Below, one piece after another: positions 19,284 to 27,961 of a stretch of 64,000 nucleotides of DNA. The stretch is taken from positions 224,001 through 288,000 of the forward strand of contig OZ253462.1 of NCBI GenBank assembly GCA_965261395.1. The letters are read 5' to 3'. The position numbers were made by a program, and so were the translations under genes. The DNA is from Candidatus Latescibacterota bacterium (GTDB taxonomy: Bacteria > Latescibacterota > UBA2968 > UBA8231). Below the pieces are notes generated by a model, which was not told where the DNA came from, did no database searches, and was given only the letters and a program-made list of their open reading frames with translations. Position 1 is the stretch's first letter, and each line of letters starts with the position of its first letter.

Positions 19284-19523
19284 TCATGGCACGAATACCT
19301 TCAGCCCGATATTGAGTAGGGTCAAGATAAAGGTCATGGCGATTAAGAGCATCTTAAGGCTGCCTTTGAGCTCGGCAATATCTGCCTTGAGTTCCCCTCT
19401 CAACGCAGCAATATCCGTCTTGAGTTCCCCCCGCAACGCAGCAATATCGGCCTTAGTAGCCAAGTGCTCATAGGCTCCCTCTAGCCGGGATACGCGCTCG
19501 GTTAGGTCCGCCGTCTCGGTCAT
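19284..19523 (-). CDS. Small coiled-coil protein with C-terminal TM anchor (DUF1640/Bdr-like)
   Basis: 79 aa with strong RBS AGGAGGAG. 'LATKADI' is followed by 11-aa repeats KADIAALRGEL/KTDIAALRGEL/KADIAELKGSL and a hydrophobic C-terminus. Confidence 0.7.
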   Translation of the reverse strand: MTETADLTERVSRLEGAYEHLATKADIAALRGELKTDIAALRGELKADIAELKGSLKMLLIAMTFILTLLNIGLKVFVP

Positions 19524-19544
19524 GACCTTCTCCTCCTATTGTAG

Positions 19545-21983
19545 CTACTTGAGCAGCAGCATCTTCTTGGTTTCGAGGAACTCTCCGCCCGCCTCTAAGC
19601 GGTAGAAATACATCCCCGAAGACAAGCTATGACCGCTGTCGTTGGTCGCGTCCCACTCCACGACGTAGCGACCGGCGCTCTGATGCTCAGCAACCAGCGT
19701 CCGCACCGCCTGACCTACTACATTATACACAGTCAACTCCACGTCCGCCGCCTGCGGCAGTGAATACTTGATCGTCGTCGCCGGGTTGAACGGGTTCGGA
19801 TAGTTATTTGCCAACCCGAACACCTCAGGCCGCGTCTGCAACTGCACCGGTGCCGGCAGCGCCAAGCGGTTGAAGCCAAACTCGCTGTCATAGGTCTGGC
19901 TGTCGGTGATCTCGATGACCGTGTTCTCGATCTCCGTCTTCGCGCGGAAGACCAAGCTCAGCTCCACCTCGCCTTCGGAGACCAAGTCCCCGTGGGCGAC
20001 CAGTGCCAACACACCCGCTTCGTCAGAAAGCACCTGCGGGGCGGCCAACGCGCTCCCACCCAGCGGCTGATCGGTCAAAGCCTCGACGAACTCCAGCTTG
20101 CTGGCGTCATACTGCACCTGCAAGCCGTAGCCCTTCATCGCGACGAAGTCCGCCAAGCTCACGTCGAGAACGAAGTCCTCACCCACGATAGGCATGGCCG
20201 TCCGCGCATCCAGATACAGCCGCGCATCCGCATTCAGACCCGCCAGCATAGGCACGCGCTTGCCCGCGCCAGCCGTGCTGCGACCGAAGTTGTCGGCAAA
20301 GACGAAGAAATCGTCGAAGTCGATCATCGCGCTCGGCGCTAGGTCAAACGCGGGATCAAAACCTTCATCTCCCGCCGTCAAACCGAAGAGATCGGCTAGA
20401 ATGAAGAAGTCGTCGAAGCCGACGCGGTTGTCTGCGCCGAACAGACCGAAAATCGCGCGACCTTCGCTGTCCACTGCGATGTTGCGCACGGCCATCGCCG
20501 TCTGCTCGATGTCGGAAACAGGCTCGTTGTCCAAGTCGTAGGGCCGCACCTGATAGGTGTAGCGCACGCCGTTGAGCGCCGTCTCATCGACGAAGGACGT
20601 AACGCCGGCGTCCGCCTGCCCGACCAAGACGAACCCGTCTGCGCCCGCAGCGCGGCGATAGATGCTGTAGCCGTGGACGCCGACGACAGGCTGGGGTGCG
20701 GCCGGGCCAATGGCCCCGGCAACGACGCCGTGCAAGACCAGGTCAGACGGCGAGAGCGTCCACGTCAGGGCGATGCGGCTGCCCTCGTCATTGGGCGCAT
20801 CCAAAGCGCTGAGCGCCGGCACCGCTTCCGGCGCAATGTCGTCAATAGCGCGAACCGGCTCTTCCGTCAGGGTGATATCCGAACTCTGCAGCACGCCATC
20901 AACGCTCTGCAGCCTCGGAGCCACGCCTTGGGCGTACGCGAGGGCTTCCGGCAACAGCGAGGCCAACACCGGTGCATCACCGGCTTGCGTCGCTTCCCTG
21001 CTGGCCATCAGCGTCTCGGCCATCATCTCATAGGGCTGGTTCAGATTTTCAGCGCTAACGAACGCGGCCTTAGCGGCAACGACGTTCGTGGTGCGACCAT
21101 CGCGCTCGGCGGCAATGCCCCATCGGGTGGCGACATTGTCGAGCGTAGCGACGATGGCGCGACCAATACCGACGCCCGGCACGGCATCTACCATGGCCCA
21201 AGGAACCATCTCATCGTTCAGCAAGGGGACCTCGCGGAAGATGCGATAGCCGTCTAGCGTGTCGTGGTGCTCCGACAGGTCCCAAGTCAGCAGGATAAAG
21301 CCGCCGTTGTCCCCAGCACCGTCAGCACCCTTATAGTCTTGGGCCGCCAGAATATTGGGCGCATCCAACGGAGGCTCGATAACCGACACGGGGAACGGCA
21401 CCGAACCGGAAGCACCAGCGGCGTCCACAACCGTGAGGATAACTGCGGCCACACCCACCTCCGTAGGCGTACCCGAGATCGTCCGCGTGGCCGCGTCAAA
21501 CGACAGGCCCGCAGGCAGCCCCGACATGCTGTAGGTCAGCGGCGGGGTCCCACCCGGGATTTCCGGCAGCGTTAGCGGCTCAATCGCCGTGCCAACCTCA
21601 TACGTCAGACCTACAGATATGTCGTCGCTAACCGGTGCCTCCACCTCGATAGTGAGCAGCGGCACCGAGTTACTAGCATTGGCAGCGTCTGTCACCGTGT
21701 ATATGTACTCCGTGGCAGGGCTCGCCGCTAGCGGCGTACCCGAGATCGTCCGCGTGGCCGCGTCAAACGTCAAACCCGCAGGCAGAGCTGGCGTGAGGCT
21801 ATAGGTAAGCGGCGGAGTGCCGCCCGTAACCTCCGGCAGCGTCAGCGGCTCAATCGCCGTGCCAACCTCATACGTTAGGATTCTAGCCTCGTGTTCATCG
21901 GCTGAGGCGGTATGCGCGCCGATAAATAAACCGCTTGCTCCCCAAAGGGTTAACAAGCCAACGGTCAATAACATTCGCTGCAT
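19545..21983 (-). CDS. Secreted surface protein D: two He_PIG domains, FN3-like regions, EF-hand/dockerin-like pair, cohesin-like domain, FlgD-Ig/T9SS-like C-terminal domain
   Basis: 812 aa with signal peptide. Motifs 'LPAGLTFDAATRTISGTP' x2, 'DNRVGFDDFFILADLFG...MIDFDDFFVFADNFG', 'KGYGLQVQYDASKLEFV' and 'NNYPNPFNP...KKMLLLK'. Confidence 0.8.
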   Translation of the reverse strand: MQRMLLTVGLLTLWGASGLFIGAHTASADEHEARILTYEVGTAIEPLTLPEVTGGTPPLTYSLTPALPAGLTFDAATRTISGTPLAASPATEYIYTVTDAANASNSVPLLTIEVEAPVSDDISVGLTYEVGTAIEPLTLPEIPGGTPPLTYSMSGLPAGLSFDAATRTISGTPTEVGVAAVILTVVDAAGASGSVPFPVSVIEPPLDAPNILAAQDYKGADGAGDNGGFILLTWDLSEHHDTLDGYRIFREVPLLNDEMVPWAMVDAVPGVGIGRAIVATLDNVATRWGIAAERDGRTTNVVAAKAAFVSAENLNQPYEMMAETLMASREATQAGDAPVLASLLPEALAYAQGVAPRLQSVDGVLQSSDITLTEEPVRAIDDIAPEAVPALSALDAPNDEGSRIALTWTLSPSDLVLHGVVAGAIGPAAPQPVVGVHGYSIYRRAAGADGFVLVGQADAGVTSFVDETALNGVRYTYQVRPYDLDNEPVSDIEQTAMAVRNIAVDSEGRAIFGLFGADNRVGFDDFFILADLFGLTAGDEGFDPAFDLAPSAMIDFDDFFVFADNFGRSTAGAGKRVPMLAGLNADARLYLDARTAMPIVGEDFVLDVSLADFVAMKGYGLQVQYDASKLEFVEALTDQPLGGSALAAPQVLSDEAGVLALVAHGDLVSEGEVELSLVFRAKTEIENTVIEITDSQTYDSEFGFNRLALPAPVQLQTRPEVFGLANNYPNPFNPATTIKYSLPQAADVELTVYNVVGQAVRTLVAEHQSAGRYVVEWDATNDSGHSLSSGMYFYRLEAGGEFLETKKMLLLK

Positions 21984-22096
21984 GGTTTTCTCCTCTAACG
22001 TGATTTAGCGAATCCCTGCTCGCCGTAGAGTACCAGCAAGCTACTGGCTCTTGACGACTGCCCCGGAATTTCCTTATTAACAACTCTTATTAAACA

Positions 22097-22126
22097 AAGA
22101 TAATAATAACAAGCATTTTTTCGCAA
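22097..22126 (-). promoter_or_regulatory. Possible sigma70 promoter for gene D
   Basis: TTGCGA-N18-TATCTT on the minus strand in an AT-rich spacer. A CTTATTAA direct repeat lies nearby at 22073 and 22086. Confidence 0.35.
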
Positions 22127-22138
22127 TCTGGCGGTCAC

Positions 22139-22984
22139 ATGATTATCGACATTCACAGCCACGCTTGGCAGTATCCCGAGCATTTCACCGACCAGTTTTG
22201 CCAACAAGCGGCCCAAGTGGCCAAAGCCGGCGAGGCCCTCGACTTAACCGTGACCTATATAGCCTATCGCGCGGGCGCGCAAACCTGCGACAAAACCATC
22301 GTCTTTGGCGGCAAGGCCCGGCGCTCTGGCCTGTGGATTGACGACCGCTATGTCGCCGAGTACGTCGCCGCGCACCCAGAAGCGCTCATCGGCTTCCTCT
22401 CGCTCGACCCCACCCAAGACGGCTGGGAGCAAGAAATGGCCTACGGGCACCAAGAACTCGGCCTCAAGGGCATCAAGCTGCTCTCCATGTACGCCGGCTT
22501 CTATCCGCACGACCAAAGCCTCGACCCGCTGTGGCACTACGCCACCGAACACGACCTGCCCGTGCTGCTGCACACCGGCACCACCTTCGTCGCCCAAGCC
22601 CCGCTCGACTGCACCTTGCCGCGCCATCTCGACCCGGTGGCCATCCGCTTCCCAAAGGTCAAGATCATCATGGCCCACTTGGCGCATCCCTACGAGGGCG
22701 AGTGCGTAGCAGTCATCCGCAAACACCCCAACGTGTACGCCGACGTCAGCGCCCTCCACTATCGGCCTTTCCAGCTCTACCACAGCCTGATGCTGGTGCA
22801 GGAATACGGGGTCTGGCACAAGTTGCTCTTGGGCAGCGACTATCCCTTTACGACGATCGACGCCTCCATTGAGGGTCTGTACGGATTGAACAAAATGCTC
22901 GATGGCACGGCCCTGCCGCGCTTAGACGAGCGCGAAATCCATGCCTTAATCCACCGCGATAGCCTCGACATTTTGGGGCTTTAA
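22139..22984 (+). CDS. Amidohydrolase family protein (Amidohydro_2)
   Basis: 'IIDIHSH', 'LKGIKL', 'PVLLHTG', 'IIMAHLAHP', 'LLGSDYPF'. Confidence 0.9.
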   Translation: MIIDIHSHAWQYPEHFTDQFCQQAAQVAKAGEALDLTVTYIAYRAGAQTCDKTIVFGGKARRSGLWIDDRYVAEYVAAHPEALIGFLSLDPTQDGWEQEMAYGHQELGLKGIKLLSMYAGFYPHDQSLDPLWHYATEHDLPVLLHTGTTFVAQAPLDCTLPRHLDPVAIRFPKVKIIMAHLAHPYEGECVAVIRKHPNVYADVSALHYRPFQLYHSLMLVQEYGVWHKLLLGSDYPFTTIDASIEGLYGLNKMLDGTALPRLDEREIHALIHRDSLDILGL

Positions 22985-23063
22985 GGCTTGCGCCAGAGCG
23001 CTTTTCCCCGTTTAATCCTAACTAGTAATCCCCACCCCCACCTCTTCCAAAGGAGTCGCTCTT

Positions 23064-25100
23064 ATGAAGCGTCTACTTTTCTGTGCGTTGTCCCTCTTCC
23101 TCTTCGGCGCGCCTGTGGTGGCTGATGATGAAGCGGATGAAGCGGACGTCTATGAAATGGGAGAAATGGTCATCACCGGCTCCAAGCTGCCGCAGACGCC
23201 GGGGAATGTGACCCAGAAAATCTCCATTATCACCGCCGATGAGATGAGCTCTTTTGTCCTCGGCAACGGCAACCTAGCGGAGGTCCTCTCGTACAGCCCG
23301 GGCAACTTCTCCAACGTGCTGTCCCGCAATGACGCCAACTGGGGTTCCTCCGGCGGCCTGGCGCACACCTACAAAGGGTACATGCTCGACGGCCTGCCAA
23401 TCGACGCCTTCGTCGATCTCCAGAGCCTCGATTCGTGGGCCTTCCAGCGGATCGAAGACCAGCGCGGCTCGGCCTCGGTGCTCTATCCGACCTATCTGGC
23501 CATGGACTTCGCCGGCAACCAGTCGCCGCTGGCGGGGACGGCCAACTTTATCCTCAAGGAGCGCGTCGAGAGCACCCGCACCAGAGCCTCGGCGTACTAC
23601 GGCTCCTACAACACCATCGGCGGGCGCTTCTTCCACCAGCGCGCCGCCGGCAACCTGCACCTCTTCTTCGGAGGGCACCACGAGGATTCGGACTATACCT
23701 ACTACGGAACCTTTGACGACGACGGCAACAGAAACTCTTGGCTAAATATGGATGACAACCCCGAGTACGAGAAAACCAAGATGTACATGCGGGGAACTTA
23801 CTTCCTCAACGACAGCGGCCAGCGGGCCTCCCTCTACGCCCACCGCACCTGGCACACCGGCGACGCTGGTCGCATCAACCGAGACTTCGGCCACATCTAC
23901 ACCACCCTGAACGCCGGCTACACGAACCCGATCTCCGACAAGGCCACCCTCCAAGCCAAGGTCGGCTACCGCGACTACGTGCGGCGCTGGGAGGAAGACG
24001 GCATTTGGGAGGATCCCCAAAGCCGCCAACTGCGCTCGGAGGACGGGGTGGACCAGTCCGTCATACCGGCCGATCTCTCCCTCTCCATCATAACCCGAGA
24101 GGCGGACGTGCTCACCGTAGGTGCCGACTATCAGCTCGCCTCGTACGCGACCTCGTCCGAGACCGACTCGCTGAGGACCGGCAACGACGCCACGGCCACC
24201 GCCTTGGGGTTCTACGCCCAAGAGGAGTTCCGCTTGAACGCGCTCATCCTGCGGGCCGGGGCGCGCTACAACATCATATCGCACGACATCGACCTATTGC
24301 AGGGCGCTCCCCCGAACGAGACCAGCAACTCCTGGAACAAGGTCCTGTACAGCGCCGGGGCGCGCTACAACCAAAGCGACGACCTCTCGGTGTTCGCCAA
24401 CATCGGCACCAGCTTCAAGGCACCCTCCCTCAAGTCGGTAGGCGGCACGGTTCCCCCGGACGGCAAGGGCGGCCATCTCCCGAATCCAGACATCAAACCG
24501 GAGGCGGGGACCAGCCTCGACGTGGGGGCAAACTTCCGGCCGATGGCGGGAGTACAGATCGGTGTGCGCGGCTTCAACATCCTGATCGACGATCAGATCG
24601 TGCAGCGGGTGGTGCCAGTGGCAGAGGACGATCCCGCCCAATCGCAGGACATCAACGCCGGCAACACCACGACTAATGGCGTAGAGCTAGAGGTCACCCA
24701 CCGCCTCGACGAGACGGTGGAGTGGTTCGCCAACTACACCTATACCAATGCCGAAGTGAAGGAACACCTCGATGAGAATCAAGTCGGCGCCAATATCAAC
24801 TTCGTGCCTCAGAACGCCATCGGCGCCGGGGTTCACCTCACCTTTTCGCAGGGCTTGCGGGCGACGGTCACCTTGCAGTCCTACAGCGGCATTTACCAAG
24901 ATATCAACAGGGACGCCGAACCCCTCGACGGGTACATCCTGGTGAACGCTCGCCTTGAGCAGCGCGTCCGCACCCAAGACGGGTACGACCTGAATCTCTA
25001 TCTCGAACCGTACAACATCACCAACCAGACCTTCGAGATGCCCTGGGGATTTCAGGATCCCGGCTTATCGGTCAACGGCGGCATAATGGTCTCCTTCTAG
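23064..25100 (+). CDS. TonB-dependent outer membrane receptor
   Basis: Signal peptide, TonB-box-like 'EMVITGSK', plug domain, 'FKAPSL', 'NPDIKPE', 'NITNQ' and a C-terminal Phe. Confidence 0.9.
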   Translation: MKRLLFCALSLFLFGAPVVADDEADEADVYEMGEMVITGSKLPQTPGNVTQKISIITADEMSSFVLGNGNLAEVLSYSPGNFSNVLSRNDANWGSSGGLAHTYKGYMLDGLPIDAFVDLQSLDSWAFQRIEDQRGSASVLYPTYLAMDFAGNQSPLAGTANFILKERVESTRTRASAYYGSYNTIGGRFFHQRAAGNLHLFFGGHHEDSDYTYYGTFDDDGNRNSWLNMDDNPEYEKTKMYMRGTYFLNDSGQRASLYAHRTWHTGDAGRINRDFGHIYTTLNAGYTNPISDKATLQAKVGYRDYVRRWEEDGIWEDPQSRQLRSEDGVDQSVIPADLSLSIITREADVLTVGADYQLASYATSSETDSLRTGNDATATALGFYAQEEFRLNALILRAGARYNIISHDIDLLQGAPPNETSNSWNKVLYSAGARYNQSDDLSVFANIGTSFKAPSLKSVGGTVPPDGKGGHLPNPDIKPEAGTSLDVGANFRPMAGVQIGVRGFNILIDDQIVQRVVPVAEDDPAQSQDINAGNTTTNGVELEVTHRLDETVEWFANYTYTNAEVKEHLDENQVGANINFVPQNAIGAGVHLTFSQGLRATVTLQSYSGIYQDINRDAEPLDGYILVNARLEQRVRTQDGYDLNLYLEPYNITNQTFEMPWGFQDPGLSVNGGIMVSF

Positions 25101-25103
25101 CCG

Positions 25104-26189
25104 ATGTCCGCTGTAGTTGGCTCTGCGGTGGTCTCTCCAACGAGAGTGGTCACCGCAGAGCGCCAGCGTCTCGTATTCTTCTTCCTGCTTCTCGCTTTCC
25201 TGCTCGCCGGTGCTCCGGCTCTCGCAGAAGGTGTGGCGGCCACGGACTTTCGCGGTCGCCGCATCGAACTGGACAAGCCGGCCGAGCGCATCATCTGCCT
25301 GCTCGAAAGCGCCCTCACCGGCCTCTACATGCTCGGGGCCGAGGCGCGTCTCGTCGGCATTTCGACCAATATCTACCAAGAAAGCGTCTTCCCGTACTAC
25401 GCGGCTATGGACGAACGCATCCGCGAGCGCACCCTGCCGACGCCGGGGAACTGGGACTTCGTCAACATTGAGAGCATGGTAGCGCTGCAGCCGGACCTAG
25501 TCATCCTTTGGTCGGGTCAGGAGGAGTCCATCGCCGCTCTCGAAGAGAAGGGGATCCCGGTTTTCGGGGTCTTCATCGAGCGCTTTGCGGACATTCACCG
25601 CGAGATCGCCGCCCTCGGCGAGCTGACCGGCACCCAAGAGCGAGCGGCCGAACTCCTCGCTATTGCCCAAGAGGAATTGGATGCGGTGCAGCGCAAGACC
25701 ACCCTCGGCGAAGGAGAGGCTAAGCCGCGCGTGTACTTCATGTGGGACCAAGGGCCGCTGGAGACGGCCGGCCGCAACAGTACCGTCCAGGAGCTAATTG
25801 ATCTAGCCGGGGGAATCAACGTGGCGGGCGACAGCGAGCTAGAGCACCTCATCGTCAACCTCGAAAACGTCCTCGTCTGGAATCCAGAGTTGATCGTCAT
25901 GTGGTGCAACGACCGGCTCGATGCCGAAGACATAGGCGAACTGTCCGGCTGGCGCTCGCTCTCAGCGGTACGCAACGGGCAGGTACGCGAGCTGCCCGAT
26001 CCCTTCTCGTGCGACTTCTGGACCCTCAAGTACATCTTCACCGTCGATCTCGTGGCCCGCTGGTGCCATCCAGACCGCTTTTCCGCAAAAAACGTGGAAG
26101 AGCTACGGGCCGGCCTGCTGAACAAGCTGTACGGGGGGCGGCTCGGGGAACTACCGGCGCTCTCTCTCGGGAAGGAAGACGGCCCGTGA
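25104..26189 (+). CDS. ABC transporter periplasmic binding protein (Fe-siderophore/cobalamin, Peripla_BP_2)
   Basis: 'TDFRGRRIELDKPAERII', 'NIESMVALQPDLVI', 'LSAVRNGQV'. Confidence 0.9.
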   Translation: MSAVVGSAVVSPTRVVTAERQRLVFFFLLLAFLLAGAPALAEGVAATDFRGRRIELDKPAERIICLLESALTGLYMLGAEARLVGISTNIYQESVFPYYAAMDERIRERTLPTPGNWDFVNIESMVALQPDLVILWSGQEESIAALEEKGIPVFGVFIERFADIHREIAALGELTGTQERAAELLAIAQEELDAVQRKTTLGEGEAKPRVYFMWDQGPLETAGRNSTVQELIDLAGGINVAGDSELEHLIVNLENVLVWNPELIVMWCNDRLDAEDIGELSGWRSLSAVRNGQVRELPDPFSCDFWTLKYIFTVDLVARWCHPDRFSAKNVEELRAGLLNKLYGGRLGELPALSLGKEDGP

Positions 26190-27193
26190 ATAGCGCGTTC
26201 CGCCGCCGCCTTATTTTCGCCCTGCCGCTGCCGATTCTCTTCGGCTCCCTGCTGCTCGGCCCTTCGGCCAGCGCCGAGGCAGGGGAGATTCTCGTCTGGC
26301 TCTACGGCCTGCTCTTTCGCGAGGCAGCCGCCGGGAGCGAAGAGTCGCTGGTGGGAACAATCGTCTGGGAAGTGCGTCTGCCGCGCATCCTCCTCACCTT
26401 TCTGGTGGGCGGTGCCTTGGCTGCATCCGGCAACGCTTTGCAGGCGGTGTTTCGCAATCCCCTCGTGGCCCCCTACATCCTCGGTCTTTCCTCCGGTGCC
26501 GCCTTTGGCGCAGCGCTAGCGCTGGTCCTGCCGTTCCTTCCGCTCCAGCCGACGGCCTTCGGCTTTGGCCTGCTCGCCGTGGGCTTGGCCTACTTCTTGG
26601 CCCGCACCCGCAAGACCGTGTCGGTGGTCTCCCTCATTCTCTCGGGGGTGATCGTCACCGGGATCTTCACCGCTCTGCTGACCATCGTCCAGTTCCTCAC
26701 CGACCCCTACAAGTTACAGACCATCGTCCATTGGACCATGGGCAACCTGCACAATTCGAGCTGGGCCAAGCTGCGCTCCGCGGCCCCAGGGGTGGGCATC
26801 GGCGTGATCTGGCTCTTCCTCTTCCGCTGGCGCATGAACGTGCTGGCCCAAGGCGACGAAGAAGCTCGCGCGGTCGGCCTGAACCCAGAGCGTGAGCGGG
26901 TGCTAATCCTCATTCCAGCGACCTTGGCCGCCTCGGCGGCGATTGCCGTGGCTGGCGTCATCGGCATGATTGGGCTAGCCGTGCCGCACATGGTGCGCAT
27001 GATGCTAGGGCCAGACAACCGCCACACCCTGCCGGCCTCCTTTGCTTTTGGCGGGGCCTTTCTGCTGCTGGTCGATACCTGCTCGCGCACGTTGGCCTCC
27101 TTTGAAATTCCGGTCGGGGTCTTCACCACCCTGCTCGGCGGGCCGTTCTTCATCTTCCTCCTCAAAAAGGCGCGAATCGGATGGGAGACCTAG
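26186..27193 (+). CDS. FecCD/BtuC-family ABC permease
   Basis: GTG start overlaps the upstream stop. Motifs 'VRLPRIL', 'QAVFRNPLVAPYILGLSSGA', 'GDEEARAVG', 'EIPVGVFT'. Confidence 0.92.
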   Translation: MNSAFRRRLIFALPLPILFGSLLLGPSASAEAGEILVWLYGLLFREAAAGSEESLVGTIVWEVRLPRILLTFLVGGALAASGNALQAVFRNPLVAPYILGLSSGAAFGAALALVLPFLPLQPTAFGFGLLAVGLAYFLARTRKTVSVVSLILSGVIVTGIFTALLTIVQFLTDPYKLQTIVHWTMGNLHNSSWAKLRSAAPGVGIGVIWLFLFRWRMNVLAQGDEEARAVGLNPERERVLILIPATLAASAAIAVAGVIGMIGLAVPHMVRMMLGPDNRHTLPASFAFGGAFLLLVDTCSRTLASFEIPVGVFTTLLGGPFFIFLLKKARIGWET

Positions 27194-27954
27194 CGCCGGC
27201 CATCCAAGTCGAGAAGCTCTCCTTTGCCTACGAAGGGAGGCCGATCCTCAACGAGATCTCGCTGGAGATCCCGACTGGGCAGTTTACCGTCCTGCTCGGC
27301 AAGAACGGCAGCGGCAAAACGACGCTCATGCGCATTCTCGGCGGTCTGCTCGACTTCGAGCGCGGCAAAGTGCATATCATGGGAGAGGAAATCCGCTCCT
27401 TCTCGTCCCGGCGGCGGGCCCGCGTCCTCGGCTATCTGCCCCAGCACCACCGGCCGGTCTTCCCCTTTTCCGTGCAGGACGTGGTCCTGACCGGCCGCGC
27501 CAGCTACGTCACCTACGTCCCCAAGCAGGAGGACGTGGAGATCGGCATCGCCGCGCTAGAGCGAGTGGGCATTATCCACCTGAAGGAGCGCCCGTACACC
27601 GAACTGTCGGGGGGGGAACAACAGCTCGTCCGCATCGCCCGGGTCTTGGCCCAGCAGCCCCGTCTCATCCTCCTCGACGAGCCGAGTTCGCACCTCGACT
27701 TCCTCAATCAAGCGCACCTGCTGCGCCTGATCCGCGAGTTGGTCGATGCGGACCTCACCGTCCTCGCCGTCCTGCACGACCCCAACAGCGCCTTCCTCTA
27801 CGGGGATCACTTCGTCTTTCTCAAGGATGGTGTGGTGGAGCGGCTATCAGCGGCCGAGCGGCCGTGGGACCGCGACTTTCTGGAGCGGATCTACGACACT
27901 GAGATGGATTCAATCCCCTATGGCGACCGCGCCTTCGTGGTGCCGAAGGGGTAA
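27181..27954 (+). CDS. FecE/BtuD-type ABC ATP-binding protein
   Basis: GKNGSGKTT, ELSGGEQQ, LLDEP, LHDPN. Confidence 0.95.
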   Translation: MGDLAPAIQVEKLSFAYEGRPILNEISLEIPTGQFTVLLGKNGSGKTTLMRILGGLLDFERGKVHIMGEEIRSFSSRRRARVLGYLPQHHRPVFPFSVQDVVLTGRASYVTYVPKQEDVEIGIAALERVGIIHLKERPYTELSGGEQQLVRIARVLAQQPRLILLDEPSSHLDFLNQAHLLRLIRELVDADLTVLAVLHDPNSAFLYGDHFVFLKDGVVERLSAAERPWDRDFLERIYDTEMDSIPYGDRAFVVPKG

Positions 27955-27961
27955 GCAGCCA

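Noticed and set aside
19096-19287. 63-aa ORF as a real gene
   Set aside because: It reads through the duplicated CTD end out of frame and through the hairpin, so it is more likely junction debris.
7092-19810. Repeated CTD sequences as a diversity-generating retroelement TR/VR pair
   Set aside because: No reverse transcriptase in the window, the differences are not visibly adenine-specific, and all long copies are coding.
22985-23063. Cobalamin riboswitch ahead of the TonB/ABC operon
   Set aside because: The spacer is only ~80 bp with no B12-box, so the transported substrate is left unassigned.
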